From a virus (lineage: Duplodnaviria; Caudoviricetes): 64,000 nt of DNA. How positions within the stretch are numbered: the stretch's first letter is position 1; every line of letters starts with the position of its first letter. Below are positions 1-9,813 of the stretch, one piece after another. The stretch is from IMG/VR virus record IMGVR_UViG_3300050034_000334. One strand, written 5' to 3'. The translations under genes and the position numbers were made by a program. Below the pieces are notes generated by a model. That model did not search any database. It saw nothing but the letters and a program-made list of their open reading frames with translations, and was not told the origin of the DNA.

Positions 1-450
1 ATTTCAGTCACATTGTTCGAGAAAATGCCCATTTCACAGGCACTTCAGAAGAAGAACTACAACAATCCGCAGCTAACTAACTCCAACCAACTGATTCTGT
101 TCGACTTTTAACCGGACAGTAGTGGGAACGGACTACTAAATTTGCTGTTCCGGCGGGAGATTTTCGTGCTACAGTTTGTTTAATCTCAGTGTTTCTTGTT
201 TTTATGCCCATGATTTCTCAAGCCGGCAGTCCGGAGCGCAAGGCGTTGCGCGGCAGCCTGCGCAAGCGAAACAACGATCCCCAAGCTCCGGCATGGGATC
301 TCATCGGCATGAACAAGGTTTGCCAACCGCGGCAATCTTCCCCTGCATGATCGGAGAGGTTTTCCACAGGAGGTACGACAAAGTTACAACACCCGTTCGC
401 GCTCACCCCAGAGCGCAGGTCAGGTTCTGTCCTGTACGTGAGGTTCAGGC

Positions 451-1344
451 ATGTGCGATTTACCGGTTCATGGGCAGCCAGTCATCCTTTTTGCCGAGGA
501 GTGCGACCGGGGAATACTGCGCGAGGAAAACCAGGACTCCGCCCTCCATATCCACATCGCCTTGGGCGACTTGCTGATCGTCGCCGACGGCATCGGCGAA
601 TCCGCGGGAGGGGCCACTGCATCGCGAATGGCGGTTGAGTATTTTTACGCCCACCTGGCTGCCCTGCCGCACGACTACCCCGCCGACAACGCTCTCCGCG
701 AGGCAGCGGCGCGCGCCAACGCAAGCATTGTGGTCGCAGCCAGAGCGCCGGACTCACCGCACCCGCGCATGGGTTCCACGGTGGTGGCAGCCCTACTGCA
801 ACAGCACGGCGATATCACCAATGCCTGTATCGGCCACATCGGCAACAGCCGTGCTTACCTGATGCGCGCCGGCCGCCTGCACCGCCTCACCACCGATCAC
901 TCCGCCGTTCAGACCCTGCTCAACCGCAACCTGATTACTCCGGAAGAGGCGAAGGACCATCCTGACGCCACGGTGCTGACCCGCTGCCTGGGCCATCAAC
1001 TCGATGTAGAGATCGAAATCGAGCAGCTTCCTCTCGCCGTCGGTGACACGCTGCTGCTCTGTTCCTACGGCCTTTGGGGATTCGTGCCGGAGTCGGAGAT
1101 CCAGACGGCGGCAGCCAGTCTCAGCGTTGAGGCCGCCGCCCACAATCTGCTTGAACTCGCCCTCACCGCAGGCGGCCACAACAACATTGGTATTGAGGTC
1201 GCGCAGCTGATTGCACCTCCCGACCCCGCCGTCCACCCTCGAAGCGAACATCCCCCTCTCGCATTCAAGTTGATTCTGACGGTCTTTCTGCTGGCTCTTG
1301 CCGGTTTGTGCGTGCTGGCCTGGTTCACTTTCTGGAGCAACTGA
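451..1344 (+). CDS. PP2C/PPM-family Ser/Thr phosphatase-like protein with C-terminal TM helix (two metal-binding Asp substituted)
   Basis: REENQDS, LIVADGIG, GHIGNSRAY, TTDHS, LTRCLG motifs; LLLCSYGL and GGHNNI where SDG and DN are expected; hydrophobic C-terminus. Confidence 0.8.
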   Translation: MCDLPVHGQPVILFAEECDRGILREENQDSALHIHIALGDLLIVADGIGESAGGATASRMAVEYFYAHLAALPHDYPADNALREAAARANASIVVAARAPDSPHPRMGSTVVAALLQQHGDITNACIGHIGNSRAYLMRAGRLHRLTTDHSAVQTLLNRNLITPEEAKDHPDATVLTRCLGHQLDVEIEIEQLPLAVGDTLLLCSYGLWGFVPESEIQTAAASLSVEAAAHNLLELALTAGGHNNIGIEVAQLIAPPDPAVHPRSEHPPLAFKLILTVFLLALAGLCVLAWFTFWSN

Positions 1345-1449
1345 CTCATCCGCGCCGCAGATGCTGCTTTGAAACGCCAAAATAAATGCGCCCGGCTCTG
1401 AGGTTTTCACCCAAGGGCCGAACGCATTCAAAGCCTGTTGTAAACTCAG

Positions 1450-2952
1450 CTACTCTGCCACTCCGTCGTTGATTTGCGCACAATCCATGCGCAGCGTCCC
1501 GTTGTCGTTGAAGACCAGGCCGTTGAAGCGCAGAATACTGCCCACAGAAATGGACTCCGTATTGAGCAACTGCGTATTGCTGTCCGCGTAAACCACGACG
1601 TTGCCGGGATTGGTCAGCAGTGTGGTTTGACCCGGCAGTACGGCCAGATTCGGGAACAGGTCATAAGCCGCAAGCGCAACGGTATAGGTCGTAAAGCCGC
1701 CGCTGCTGGAGATCGCGTTCACCGTTCCGTTGATGGTTTGCGGCAAGAGCGTCATCGTGGTGATCGGCACGTAGATGGGATTTCTGGATTCGGATGCCGC
1801 ATGAGTCGTGATGAAAACATTCTGGCCGTTTACCATGTTGGCTGCATTGAAACTGGCGGTGAAGGGAAGGCTTTTCAGGTTGGTGAGCTGGCCGGAGGTT
1901 TGGAATACGGCATTGCCGAAGCTGAAAGGGTTAGACATGCTCAAACCATATAAAATTGAACCCTGATATTCAACGATGGCGGCATTCAGGACCGATTCCG
2001 AGTTGGTCTCCTCATCCAGGAGCCCGCCTGCTATGGTCAAAGTGGATGCGTTCGTGTCATAGACCGCAACCCTCGTGGCCAGCAGTGAACCGTCCTGCTG
2101 AATCGCCACGTCCATATCCACGGGCAGACCGGCGGCAAGCTGTGAAGCGCCCGTAATTCCCTGGAATGCGGTGCTGCTGCTGGTGCTGACCTGCCACGTG
2201 ATACTGCCGGGAATGACCTGCCCCGTTGGACCAAACGCCGACGTTACGCTGAAGCTGCTTCCGCTTGCAGCGCCAGAGCTGATCAAGCCATGAAGGCCTG
2301 TCGCCATGCCGTTGGCGCTGTTGGTGGGCTGGGCCGCGATGGTCACAGGGAGCAGATTGAAGACTGGCGTGATGGTGGCTGAAGGATTTGCAACGCAACT
2401 GAAAGAAGAGATGGACTCGGAAACCTGCAAATCCAGCGCGAGTCCCATACTGGTTCCCGTCACCGTGATTGGGGCAGGCAGTTTCACGGTTGCGCCAGAC
2501 CCGGAAGAATAGCCTCCAAGAGCTCCGTTGATTAGAAGCCCGCCGTCTGATTTCAAACCAACACAAACAGGGAACCCTCCCTCGACGGTTGCCGTGGCGG
2601 AGGTGTAGATGTCTTGTGGGATCGTCGCGGTAGTGAGCGGTTCCACGGTTCCGTTCAGGTGCATATACTCGGTGCTCTGCGGAGTGGAAACGACCGTAAC
2701 CGTCTTGCCCGACTGGCTGGTCAGCGTCAGGCTCTGCAATGTCAGAGGGAATTGCGTCAATTGATTGTTTGCGGCGCTGGTTGCCAGAACCATCACCGTA
2801 GTGTTCCCGGTCAAGGTTGAGCCCGAAGTCGAAGATGAACTCCCGCCGCAACCTGTCGTGAAGGCCGCGGCTAGCCCCATGGTAAGAACCAACAGCAAAC
2901 GAAAGCGACTGGAAATTAGCGAACAATCGATGAGAGGAGAGGGAGAACGCAT
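1450..2952 (-). CDS. Predicted lipoprotein, Ser/Thr-rich beta-repeat (DUF4382/DUF5666-like)
   Basis: Hydrophobic segment then TTGCGGSSSS lipobox-like site; Thr/Ser/Gly-rich; start placed at MRSPSP, uncertain; family name from recall. Confidence 0.55.
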   Translation of the reverse strand: MRSPSPLIDCSLISSRFRLLLVLTMGLAAAFTTGCGGSSSSTSGSTLTGNTTVMVLATSAANNQLTQFPLTLQSLTLTSQSGKTVTVVSTPQSTEYMHLNGTVEPLTTATIPQDIYTSATATVEGGFPVCVGLKSDGGLLINGALGGYSSGSGATVKLPAPITVTGTSMGLALDLQVSESISSFSCVANPSATITPVFNLLPVTIAAQPTNSANGMATGLHGLISSGAASGSSFSVTSAFGPTGQVIPGSITWQVSTSSSTAFQGITGASQLAAGLPVDMDVAIQQDGSLLATRVAVYDTNASTLTIAGGLLDEETNSESVLNAAIVEYQGSILYGLSMSNPFSFGNAVFQTSGQLTNLKSLPFTASFNAANMVNGQNVFITTHAASESRNPIYVPITTMTLLPQTINGTVNAISSSGGFTTYTVALAAYDLFPNLAVLPGQTTLLTNPGNVVVYADSNTQLLNTESISVGSILRFNGLVFNDNGTLRMDCAQINDGVAE

Positions 2953-3100
2953 GGGACATCCTTTCAAAACTACGGTTGAGAACCTGGCAGTCGAAGGGTA
3001 GCAAGCCGCTTGATCGCGAACTTCAACCCGAAAGTTTCCACTTCCCATAATACCTCGAATTTCTCCCGTCAACGGACACACCAACCCATATATGATACCC

Positions 3101-3139
3101 AAAGAAATACCCTCCTACTTAGGGAGGGATATTTCTTTT
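3101..3139 (-). terminator. Intrinsic terminator, possibly bidirectional, at host/phage boundary
   Basis: AAAGAAATACCCTCC...GGAGGGATATTTCTTTT inverted repeat directly after stop of 3140-3493. Confidence 0.6.
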
Positions 3140-3493
3140 CTAGGCATATGTCTCCGCCTCCAACCGTTCGATCTTTTCGCGCAGTTTGAAGTAGCTCTCG
3201 GTCCACTTCGGGTCGCCACGCTTGAATCCCATACCGTTGATTTCGCAGGTGTGCATTGTGCAATGAGGGCGCAGATGAGGAGCGACCGTGCAGCCTTTGT
3301 CATCCAGGTAGAATGCTCCACGAAGATTCGGAGGATACTCCTTGAGCGCGACGCCGTATCTTTCTTTGGCGATCTCTCTTGTCATTTGACAAGCGAATTC
3401 ATCACAGCAGGTGTGTGGACACTTGCAGGTGTTCGCGCATTCAGGAGCCGTCATGTCCGCCATCTGTTGGTAGAGGACAACCAGGTCAGCCAT
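3140..3493 (-). CDS. Cys-rich hypothetical phage protein
   Basis: CANTCKCPHTCCDEFAC...CTVAPHLRPHCTMHTC; coupled to upstream ORF. Confidence 0.7.
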   Translation of the reverse strand: MADLVVLYQQMADMTAPECANTCKCPHTCCDEFACQMTREIAKERYGVALKEYPPNLRGAFYLDDKGCTVAPHLRPHCTMHTCEINGMGFKRGDPKWTESYFKLREKIERLEAETYA

Positions 3494-3717
3494 CAGACCA
3501 CCTTCTGTCTTTCTATTTCAACTTGGTCTAAAGCCTTAGCAGTCGCCTCAGCATCCAAGTAGGCATCCCGATGTTCCTGCGTGGTGAGATCAGAGTAAGG
3601 AATGAGAGCCCAGATAGAACCAGTCTGGTCGATGACCTGTAGCCACTCCTGTTGACCTCCTAGACGAGTGCGAATCCCGGAGACATAGTGAGGCAGCTTG
3701 CGTAGTTTTGTCGCCAT
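3493..3717 (-). CDS. Hypothetical protein
   Basis: Stop/start overlap with neighbours on both sides. Confidence 0.65.
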   Translation of the reverse strand: MATKLRKLPHYVSGIRTRLGGQQEWLQVIDQTGSIWALIPYSDLTTQEHRDAYLDAEATAKALDQVEIERQKVV

Positions 3718-4130
3718 CAGGCCACCATCTCTCGTTCTTCCATCATGGAAGTATACTCGGTGTCTTCGAGTTGATAGGCGATCGAGCCATAGAACGGGCG
3801 ATCTTCAAACCACTCGTCGACCGAAGGAGCGATCCCGAAGAGGAAGGCATTCATAGCCTGAGCCTCGGAATCATATCCGAAATAGGTGCGGGTGTAACCG
3901 AAGGGATTGACAGCGCGGAGGAAGTACACCGTGCCATAGACTTCGCCGCGAGGGTTGTCCATGTCGGCATATTCAGGATCGGTGCGGACGACGCGAACCT
4001 CGTCGCGAACTTCAATGGTGTAAGTCTTGAACGAATCACGCTCATCAGAAGCAGCCATTTCTGCCATAAGCTGTTTCACATTGAAGTTTGCTTCGGCGGC
4101 GAGATATTGGCGTTCTGCTTCGTAGCTCAT
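3717..4130 (-). CDS. Hypothetical protein (probably leaderless, MSYEAE start)
   Basis: ATG 5 nt after TAGAGA of promoter motif. Confidence 0.7.
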   Translation of the reverse strand: MSYEAERQYLAAEANFNVKQLMAEMAASDERDSFKTYTIEVRDEVRVVRTDPEYADMDNPRGEVYGTVYFLRAVNPFGYTRTYFGYDSEAQAMNAFLFGIAPSVDEWFEDRPFYGSIAYQLEDTEYTSMMEEREMVA

Positions 4131-4165
4131 GAGGTTCTCTACCATCATGCAGCTAGGATCGGGTA
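4131..4165 (-). promoter_or_regulatory. Phage promoter motif TACCCG-N18-TAGAGA
   Basis: Matches motif repeated ~15 times in window. Confidence 0.75.
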
Positions 4166-4177
4166 ACTCTCTGCCAG

Positions 4178-7100
4178 CTAAAAACCGTCCTCAATTGCCT
4201 GTAAATCCTCTTTGCTGACGAACTGTCCATAGATCGAAATGTCACCAGGATCAATGGTCACATCCGGTATCTTCTTCCAGCTGTAGCCTCCGCCGGTCTC
4301 ATAGTTGTAGGGATTAAGATCGACGTCAAAGACTTCAACTTGCTCTGATGCATAGTCGTCTTCATCCTCATCCTCTCCACGTTCAGGAGGATTAGCCCAA
4401 ACAGTCATGCTCACGTGTACTTGTTCAGAATGGGAGAAGCTCGTAGCATTGTAGCCACGTTCAGCAACCAGGTCCACCCACTCATCGACGATCAGATGAC
4501 AGATGCCTCCAAAGCCGACCTCAGCGTCTCCGTATGTCTCGTCCGAAGCATCCCACTCGTCGTAGACTTTCTGCGCCGCCGCCGCGAACTGAGGTTTGAG
4601 AGACTTGAGAACTTTGCCAAGTTCACTGTCAGCCATTGCTGCACGTTTCTGCATCAAGCGTGAGGCAGCCTTCGGATGTAATACTGAGTAATCAATTCTC
4701 CAATCGTCAGAGAGATGACATCTGTTACAAATAGATCTTGCTAGAGCTTCAACATCCTCTCCACCGTGATAGGAAACGATGATCATCTTTTTCAACAGTT
4801 TGTTGAATTCTATAGTCCCTCTCGGTAGATTGTCATATCCTCTTCCAGCATAGGGAAGTCCATGTTGGTTAGCCAAATCGGCATGAAGGTTAGAAGTTCC
4901 ATCAGAAGATTTCCAAGGACCAAAAATGGGTCCAGTTCGTTCTGACCAAATCCACTTGAGTCCTTCTAAGATTTTCCTACGACTTTGCATCAGGCGCGAA
5001 GCAAACTTGCCCTTATTTTCATAGAATTCTGTTGCCTCAGACAGAATGGGAGGGATGGCCGTGGCTGTCTTATCTAAGGTTTTCTTCACAATAACATATC
5101 CTATATCTGTGTATTCTCTGACAGCGGACTCATCCAATGGTTCCCACCCGTAGCTGAGAATTTCTGGAAATGCTCCACCAATTCTCCTTTTCAATTCTTC
5201 AAGGAATAGCTCATGCCGTTCATCAGTATTCATCCAGGAGAAACTCTCTTCAAAATCATCCAAATCTCCATCCCATGAAATAATACCACGACGAATACTT
5301 TCGAACACGCAACCTGGTCCCCAAAGCTCCCATTGAATCTGATAGGGTGGAATATCAATCACACCATCATCTTTGCTCAAATCTACTTGAGATTTGGCTT
5401 CCTGCCATAGTTTGTCCAAAGAACTGCCAACTACCACCTTTGCCGTCTTAGCCAGAAAATCCTCAGGCTCTATCTTCCCTGAAAACAGATTCCGATTCGT
5501 GTAGCTGAGGATCCCATACACTCCAGTCTTTGATGCGGTCTCCATGACATACTCTGAGGAGAACGGAACTCCGAAGTATCCCTGTGGCCGTACAGTCTGG
5601 GTTTCCACCGGCGGAGGAAGGGTGGGATCGATCACGATCCCTGCTTTGGTGACGCACCAAGCATGCTCGACTGACATGGGTCCGATGTCGACGTGACCCT
5701 CGACATAGGTTAGGTTGGGATTGTCCATCATCAGCTTGTAGGCATTCATGTAGCACTGCTTCTGTACTCCACGCTTGCCCTTGAACGAGTTCTTGTCGGT
5801 GTAGTAATGCTTTCCGAACTCCAGGATGAAGCTCTCGAGGGAGTACTTGATGTGCTTCGGAAGCTCTCCACGAATTCCCTTGATCGCTTCCAGCTGCTGC
5901 TTGATCCTTCCAACCGACTCGTCCTCTGACTTGGCATCAGCGGTCTTGCTCATGACCCAGCGGTTGCCCAGATCCTCATCGACCTGAAATCCTTTGCGCT
6001 CAAGGATCTTCTTCATGCTGGGATTGATGACATCCAGGCTGTAGCTGTAATCGTCAAAAGCCTCCTTGCGCTGCTCATATTCCTGAATCCCCATGTCGAT
6101 CAGCTTCGTTCCGATTCCCTTGTTCCTGAACTTGGGATCCACAGCGATGTCGAAGCTGAACTTCTGGTTGCTGTCAGTGACGAACAGGCAGCCCACAACC
6201 CGCTCACCATCCAAGGCATAACAGGCCGGATCCTTGTCACGAAGGATGTTCAGTCCTGAGTCCTTGGCGAGAGTATAAGCCTGGGTGTAGAACGAGCAAG
6301 TGTCGCCGGTGTCTTCCTCATCATCTTCAGAGTCTGGCCAGAAGTATCGAACAGCAGAAGCGGTCTTATGGAAGTCCATCAGCGTGATATGAACACCGTC
6401 AATCGTGTCCATGTGCTTGCGGCCAAAGTTGATCCAGGGTTGCAGGTTGTTCAACTCTTCGAAGTGCTGACCCCAGATATAGTCTGCTCCAAGGTGAAGC
6501 GGAAGATCTCTGAGAGCATGACCTGTCCCCTTGCCTCTGTACTCAGGGAGTACGAACAGGGCGACTCCTTCGATCCCCTTCTTTCCCTGGTACTGCTCTG
6601 CTCCCTTGACATCCGCCGGCAAGGGGTTGTTGGCCAGGAAATACCCTCCGACGATCTTCCCCTCATCCTTCGTGACATAGCTCATGTCGAAGTTGTTGCC
6701 CAAGGCTTCCCGGACGATTGGCTCAACCACATCCGCAAATTGAGGGAAGCAGACTGCTGCGACCTCGAGAGCTTCCGGGACATCCTTGGTGGAGATCTTC
6801 TCAGGCTTCGAAACGGCTGCGGTCTTCGGGACATCAGTGCCCTTCACTTTTTGAACGTATGCCAGAGCTCTGGCCTCGCTGGGCATGTTGTCCTTCTTGA
6901 ACTTCTCGACCTCCTTTGGATCGTGAAGCCACTCGCAGTCAGGTCTATCCCAATTATCCATCAGGTAGCGAGCCTCATCCATCCAAGGCTCATGAATCGC
7001 CAGGATCTGGTCCACCGGGACATCCCCATTCATGATCACATGGCGATAGCCTTGCGCCCACTCATCGAGCATCTCCTGGTCGATCTCTGACTTCTTCTCG

Positions 7101-8794
7101 TACTCTTTGGTTGACTTGTTCAGCTTCCAGCTGTCGGGATAATTGGCATTGTGAGAGATCTGCTCTGGCTTTGCCCAGAACTCGATGTACGGACGACTCC
7201 GGAGATCGGAGGTTGATGGGACATTGCTGCTGGCCCACACTCCAGCAGAGGGACCGCCGCCGCTCAGGTCATCTCCTCTTCCCTTGGATCTCAGCAAACC
7301 CTGTTGACGGATGGCATCGAGGTTCTCTTCACGAGTGTAGTGCCAGAGTCGAACAGTCCTGGGAGGGATAGGCTTGGATCCAGGAGCCGGTGCCGCCTGA
7401 TCCTTGGCTTGGGGGGTAGCAATCTTGCCCATGTCCAGCCAGTCAGCAACCTCCATTTCAACATGGTCATGGCCTTCCAGCATTCGAGCCACCGTCTTGT
7501 GATGGCCGTCCCACATGTAGTACAAGCCATCTCTCTTGATCACAGACGGGAGTTCACCATTCTCCTTCAGATGCTTCTTCACCTCGGAGGTGAATATCCA
7601 TCTCTGTCCTGGGACTACCTTGGATACATCGACGTTCTGAACTTCAACATCTCCATGATCATTGAAAGCATCGCGGATCCATCTAGAACTGGTGTACGGA
7701 TGATAGAAGATCTCCTCAACAGGGATCCGCTGCTTCAAGTTGAGCAAATTTCTGAGCTTGGCAACATCGACACTAGCAGTGTGAAGGAAACAGTCTCCAC
7801 ACTCACAAGCGACACAAGTGATGGCCGCCGCTTTGGCCTTGGACCATGGTTGGTCGAGGTCGATCACATATCTCCTACGAGGAGTGTCCATCCACTTGGT
7901 GTAGGCTTGTCGAACCGGATATCTTGTCTTCAGCTTGCTCCATGCAGACTCTGCGGAAGCTGACCGGGTCTTGTCCGACCAGAACCTGTCATATCCTTCC
8001 TTCTTGGCTTCGGCAATCGCTCGATCATATAGCATCTGACCCAAGCCGGTGCCGAACCACGGATCCTGGATATTGACAGAGTCGATGGCGATATTCTTCT
8101 CAGGAGACTTGTCACTTGGATCATTGGGGAAGAACTCGAAGCAGAACATTTGCCCAACAACATTGTCGAACGATCCTCCCTTCTCTGGTCCAGGAATGGA
8201 GGGATCGTGAACGTACATCTCGAATCCACCGTGGTAGCTGTTGGGGATAACCTCCCAGGTCAGCTTGGCGATGTCCTTATCCCTGTCATTGTACTGACTA
8301 TAGCCGAAATCCGGAGAAGCGGTCTTGGCAACAACAAAATCCTTGTCTGACTCTTCTGTGACGAAGTCCTCTCCGTACTTGGCATTGAACCGGGCAGCGA
8401 TTTTCTTCCACTCTGTGCCATGAGTGTCTGTTTCCTTCTGCTGCTCATATTTCTCAAATCCCAGCTTCGAGAGCTTGCCGGCCTCGATGACCAAGAACTC
8501 CTCGTGATGACAGAGCTCGTGGGCAACGATGCGACGGAGAGTTCGATCGTCGACCAGGGCCTTCTTCTGAATTGAGATGGCTGTGGTGGGATCAGCGAAG
8601 GTCGTTCCGTTCTGAATTCCATAATTCCAGTCGGTGTGTCCAACCCATTCGAGCTTCTCATCATTGACGATCTTGAGTTCAGGCTCGGGCAGACCGGACT
8701 TGAGAACTCCCATCATTTCGACGACGATCTCGCGAACCTTCCCCATCGTGGAAGAGAAGCGACGCTTCCTCATCATGAAACTTGTAGCAGTCAT
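4178..8794 (-). CDS. Polyvalent mosaic protein: SprT-like metallopeptidase, 3 GNAT, ParB-like, ADP-ribosyltransferase-like, transglutaminase/papain-like domains
   Basis: AHELCHHE (HExxH); GNAT motifs (GTGLGQMLY, YRGKGTG, FRNKGIGTKL); WDGHHK; LWHYT..GL..GVWAS; QCYMNA..HAWC..IDPT. Confidence 0.8.
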   Translation of the reverse strand: MTATSFMMRKRRFSSTMGKVREIVVEMMGVLKSGLPEPELKIVNDEKLEWVGHTDWNYGIQNGTTFADPTTAISIQKKALVDDRTLRRIVAHELCHHEEFLVIEAGKLSKLGFEKYEQQKETDTHGTEWKKIAARFNAKYGEDFVTEESDKDFVVAKTASPDFGYSQYNDRDKDIAKLTWEVIPNSYHGGFEMYVHDPSIPGPEKGGSFDNVVGQMFCFEFFPNDPSDKSPEKNIAIDSVNIQDPWFGTGLGQMLYDRAIAEAKKEGYDRFWSDKTRSASAESAWSKLKTRYPVRQAYTKWMDTPRRRYVIDLDQPWSKAKAAAITCVACECGDCFLHTASVDVAKLRNLLNLKQRIPVEEIFYHPYTSSRWIRDAFNDHGDVEVQNVDVSKVVPGQRWIFTSEVKKHLKENGELPSVIKRDGLYYMWDGHHKTVARMLEGHDHVEMEVADWLDMGKIATPQAKDQAAPAPGSKPIPPRTVRLWHYTREENLDAIRQQGLLRSKGRGDDLSGGGPSAGVWASSNVPSTSDLRSRPYIEFWAKPEQISHNANYPDSWKLNKSTKEYEKKSEIDQEMLDEWAQGYRHVIMNGDVPVDQILAIHEPWMDEARYLMDNWDRPDCEWLHDPKEVEKFKKDNMPSEARALAYVQKVKGTDVPKTAAVSKPEKISTKDVPEALEVAAVCFPQFADVVEPIVREALGNNFDMSYVTKDEGKIVGGYFLANNPLPADVKGAEQYQGKKGIEGVALFVLPEYRGKGTGHALRDLPLHLGADYIWGQHFEELNNLQPWINFGRKHMDTIDGVHITLMDFHKTASAVRYFWPDSEDDEEDTGDTCSFYTQAYTLAKDSGLNILRDKDPACYALDGERVVGCLFVTDSNQKFSFDIAVDPKFRNKGIGTKLIDMGIQEYEQRKEAFDDYSYSLDVINPSMKKILERKGFQVDEDLGNRWVMSKTADAKSEDESVGRIKQQLEAIKGIRGELPKHIKYSLESFILEFGKHYYTDKNSFKGKRGVQKQCYMNAYKLMMDNPNLTYVEGHVDIGPMSVEHAWCVTKAGIVIDPTLPPPVETQTVRPQGYFGVPFSSEYVMETASKTGVYGILSYTNRNLFSGKIEPEDFLAKTAKVVVGSSLDKLWQEAKSQVDLSKDDGVIDIPPYQIQWELWGPGCVFESIRRGIISWDGDLDDFEESFSWMNTDERHELFLEELKRRIGGAFPEILSYGWEPLDESAVREYTDIGYVIVKKTLDKTATAIPPILSEATEFYENKGKFASRLMQSRRKILEGLKWIWSERTGPIFGPWKSSDGTSNLHADLANQHGLPYAGRGYDNLPRGTIEFNKLLKKMIIVSYHGGEDVEALARSICNRCHLSDDWRIDYSVLHPKAASRLMQKRAAMADSELGKVLKSLKPQFAAAAQKVYDEWDASDETYGDAEVGFGGICHLIVDEWVDLVAERGYNATSFSHSEQVHVSMTVWANPPERGEDEDEDDYASEQVEVFDVDLNPYNYETGGGYSWKKIPDVTIDPGDISIYGQFVSKEDLQAIEDGF

Positions 8795-8950
8795 ACAATC
8801 AGAATTGTATAGTCAGTCCTTCATTTTAAGGGAAACTTGCCTTGGAGGAATAGCTGTCGAGCCTTTCTCCTCTTCATTGAAAACTCTCTAGATTTCTCAT
8901 TTCTGCACTCTATGCAGATGCGAGCCATTGTATGAGGATTGTGAGCAGGA

Positions 8951-9142
8951 ATGTCACCAATTTTCCCAGTAGTCGTTGAGGATGACGTCTGGATCGGAGC
9001 ACGTGTCATTATTCTGCCTGGTGTTACCATTGGAACCGGATCCATACTAGGTGCTGGATCAGTCGTAGCACATAGTGTACCTGCATACTCAGTGGTTGTA
9101 GGGAATCCTGGGACTGTGGTAAAGTGCCGAAAATCTTCTTAA
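8951..9142 (+). CDS. Truncated left-handed beta-helix (hexapeptide) acetyltransferase-like ORF
   Basis: VEDDVWIGARVIILPGVTIGTGSILGAGSVV..VVVGNPG; in-frame stop just upstream, N-terminal part absent. Confidence 0.6.
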   Translation: MSPIFPVVVEDDVWIGARVIILPGVTIGTGSILGAGSVVAHSVPAYSVVVGNPGTVVKCRKSS

Positions 9143-9154
9143 CACCAGTATTTT

Positions 9155-9748
9155 ATGGATATGTGGCCATTCACAAAACCTCTGCCAGTGGCTCCCTCTC
9201 CCAACCTTTCGGAGTGGAGGGAGTCGTATCTCAAGATTCGCCAGGAGCTCATCAAGAGAGATCCGGTCACCAACTACAACGATCTGATTCCTCCGTCAAA
9301 CCCTGAGTATCCCTGGAAGGGAGATGGCTGGCAGATGCTGTGTTACTACTGCAGCCAGCCCATCTTCTACGAGTCAGTGGGGAAGCTCTCAGCAGGATAC
9401 CGGCAGCGCGGTCCTCTGAACATGAGTTGGTACCATGCCAATCAGGAGTGGAACTGCAAGCTGGAGAACATCCGCCAAGACATCGACGCTCCACGCTGTC
9501 ACTGTTGTGGTGCTAGAGAATCCGGGAAGCATGCAGGCATCTGTTCCGTTGCCGGCTGGCCAGCCTTCCATGCGACTCCCATGAGCAAGAAAGAGGAAGA
9601 GGTTCAGCGATGGGATGAGCGTGAGAAAGGAAAGGAAATGCACAATGCTCTCTTCGAACTCTTCCAGGAATACGAGGCAAAGAATATCAGAGATGAGACC
9701 ATCCATAGAGTGGTAAAAGCCTCCCCTTGGGGACACGCAATCAAGTAA
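9155..9748 (+). CDS. Hypothetical protein with CxxC motifs
   Basis: CYYCSQP and CHCCGA; 197-aa ORF. Confidence 0.65.
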   Translation: MDMWPFTKPLPVAPSPNLSEWRESYLKIRQELIKRDPVTNYNDLIPPSNPEYPWKGDGWQMLCYYCSQPIFYESVGKLSAGYRQRGPLNMSWYHANQEWNCKLENIRQDIDAPRCHCCGARESGKHAGICSVAGWPAFHATPMSKKEEEVQRWDEREKGKEMHNALFELFQEYEAKNIRDETIHRVVKASPWGHAIK

Positions 9749-9766
9749 ACCCATCCGAGTTCCAAT

Positions 9767-9796
9767 TACCCGATCCTTGATCCCCAGCAGTAGAGA
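9767..9796 (+). promoter_or_regulatory. Phage promoter motif TACCCG-N18-TAGAGA
   Basis: Upstream of rIIA, SD GGAGG follows. Confidence 0.75.
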
Positions 9797-9813
9797 GGAT
9801 CGGAGGGAATTGA

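Noticed and set aside
176-577. ORFs upstream of the PP2C gene
   Set aside because: No motifs or clear SD; probably intergenic or regulatory host sequence.
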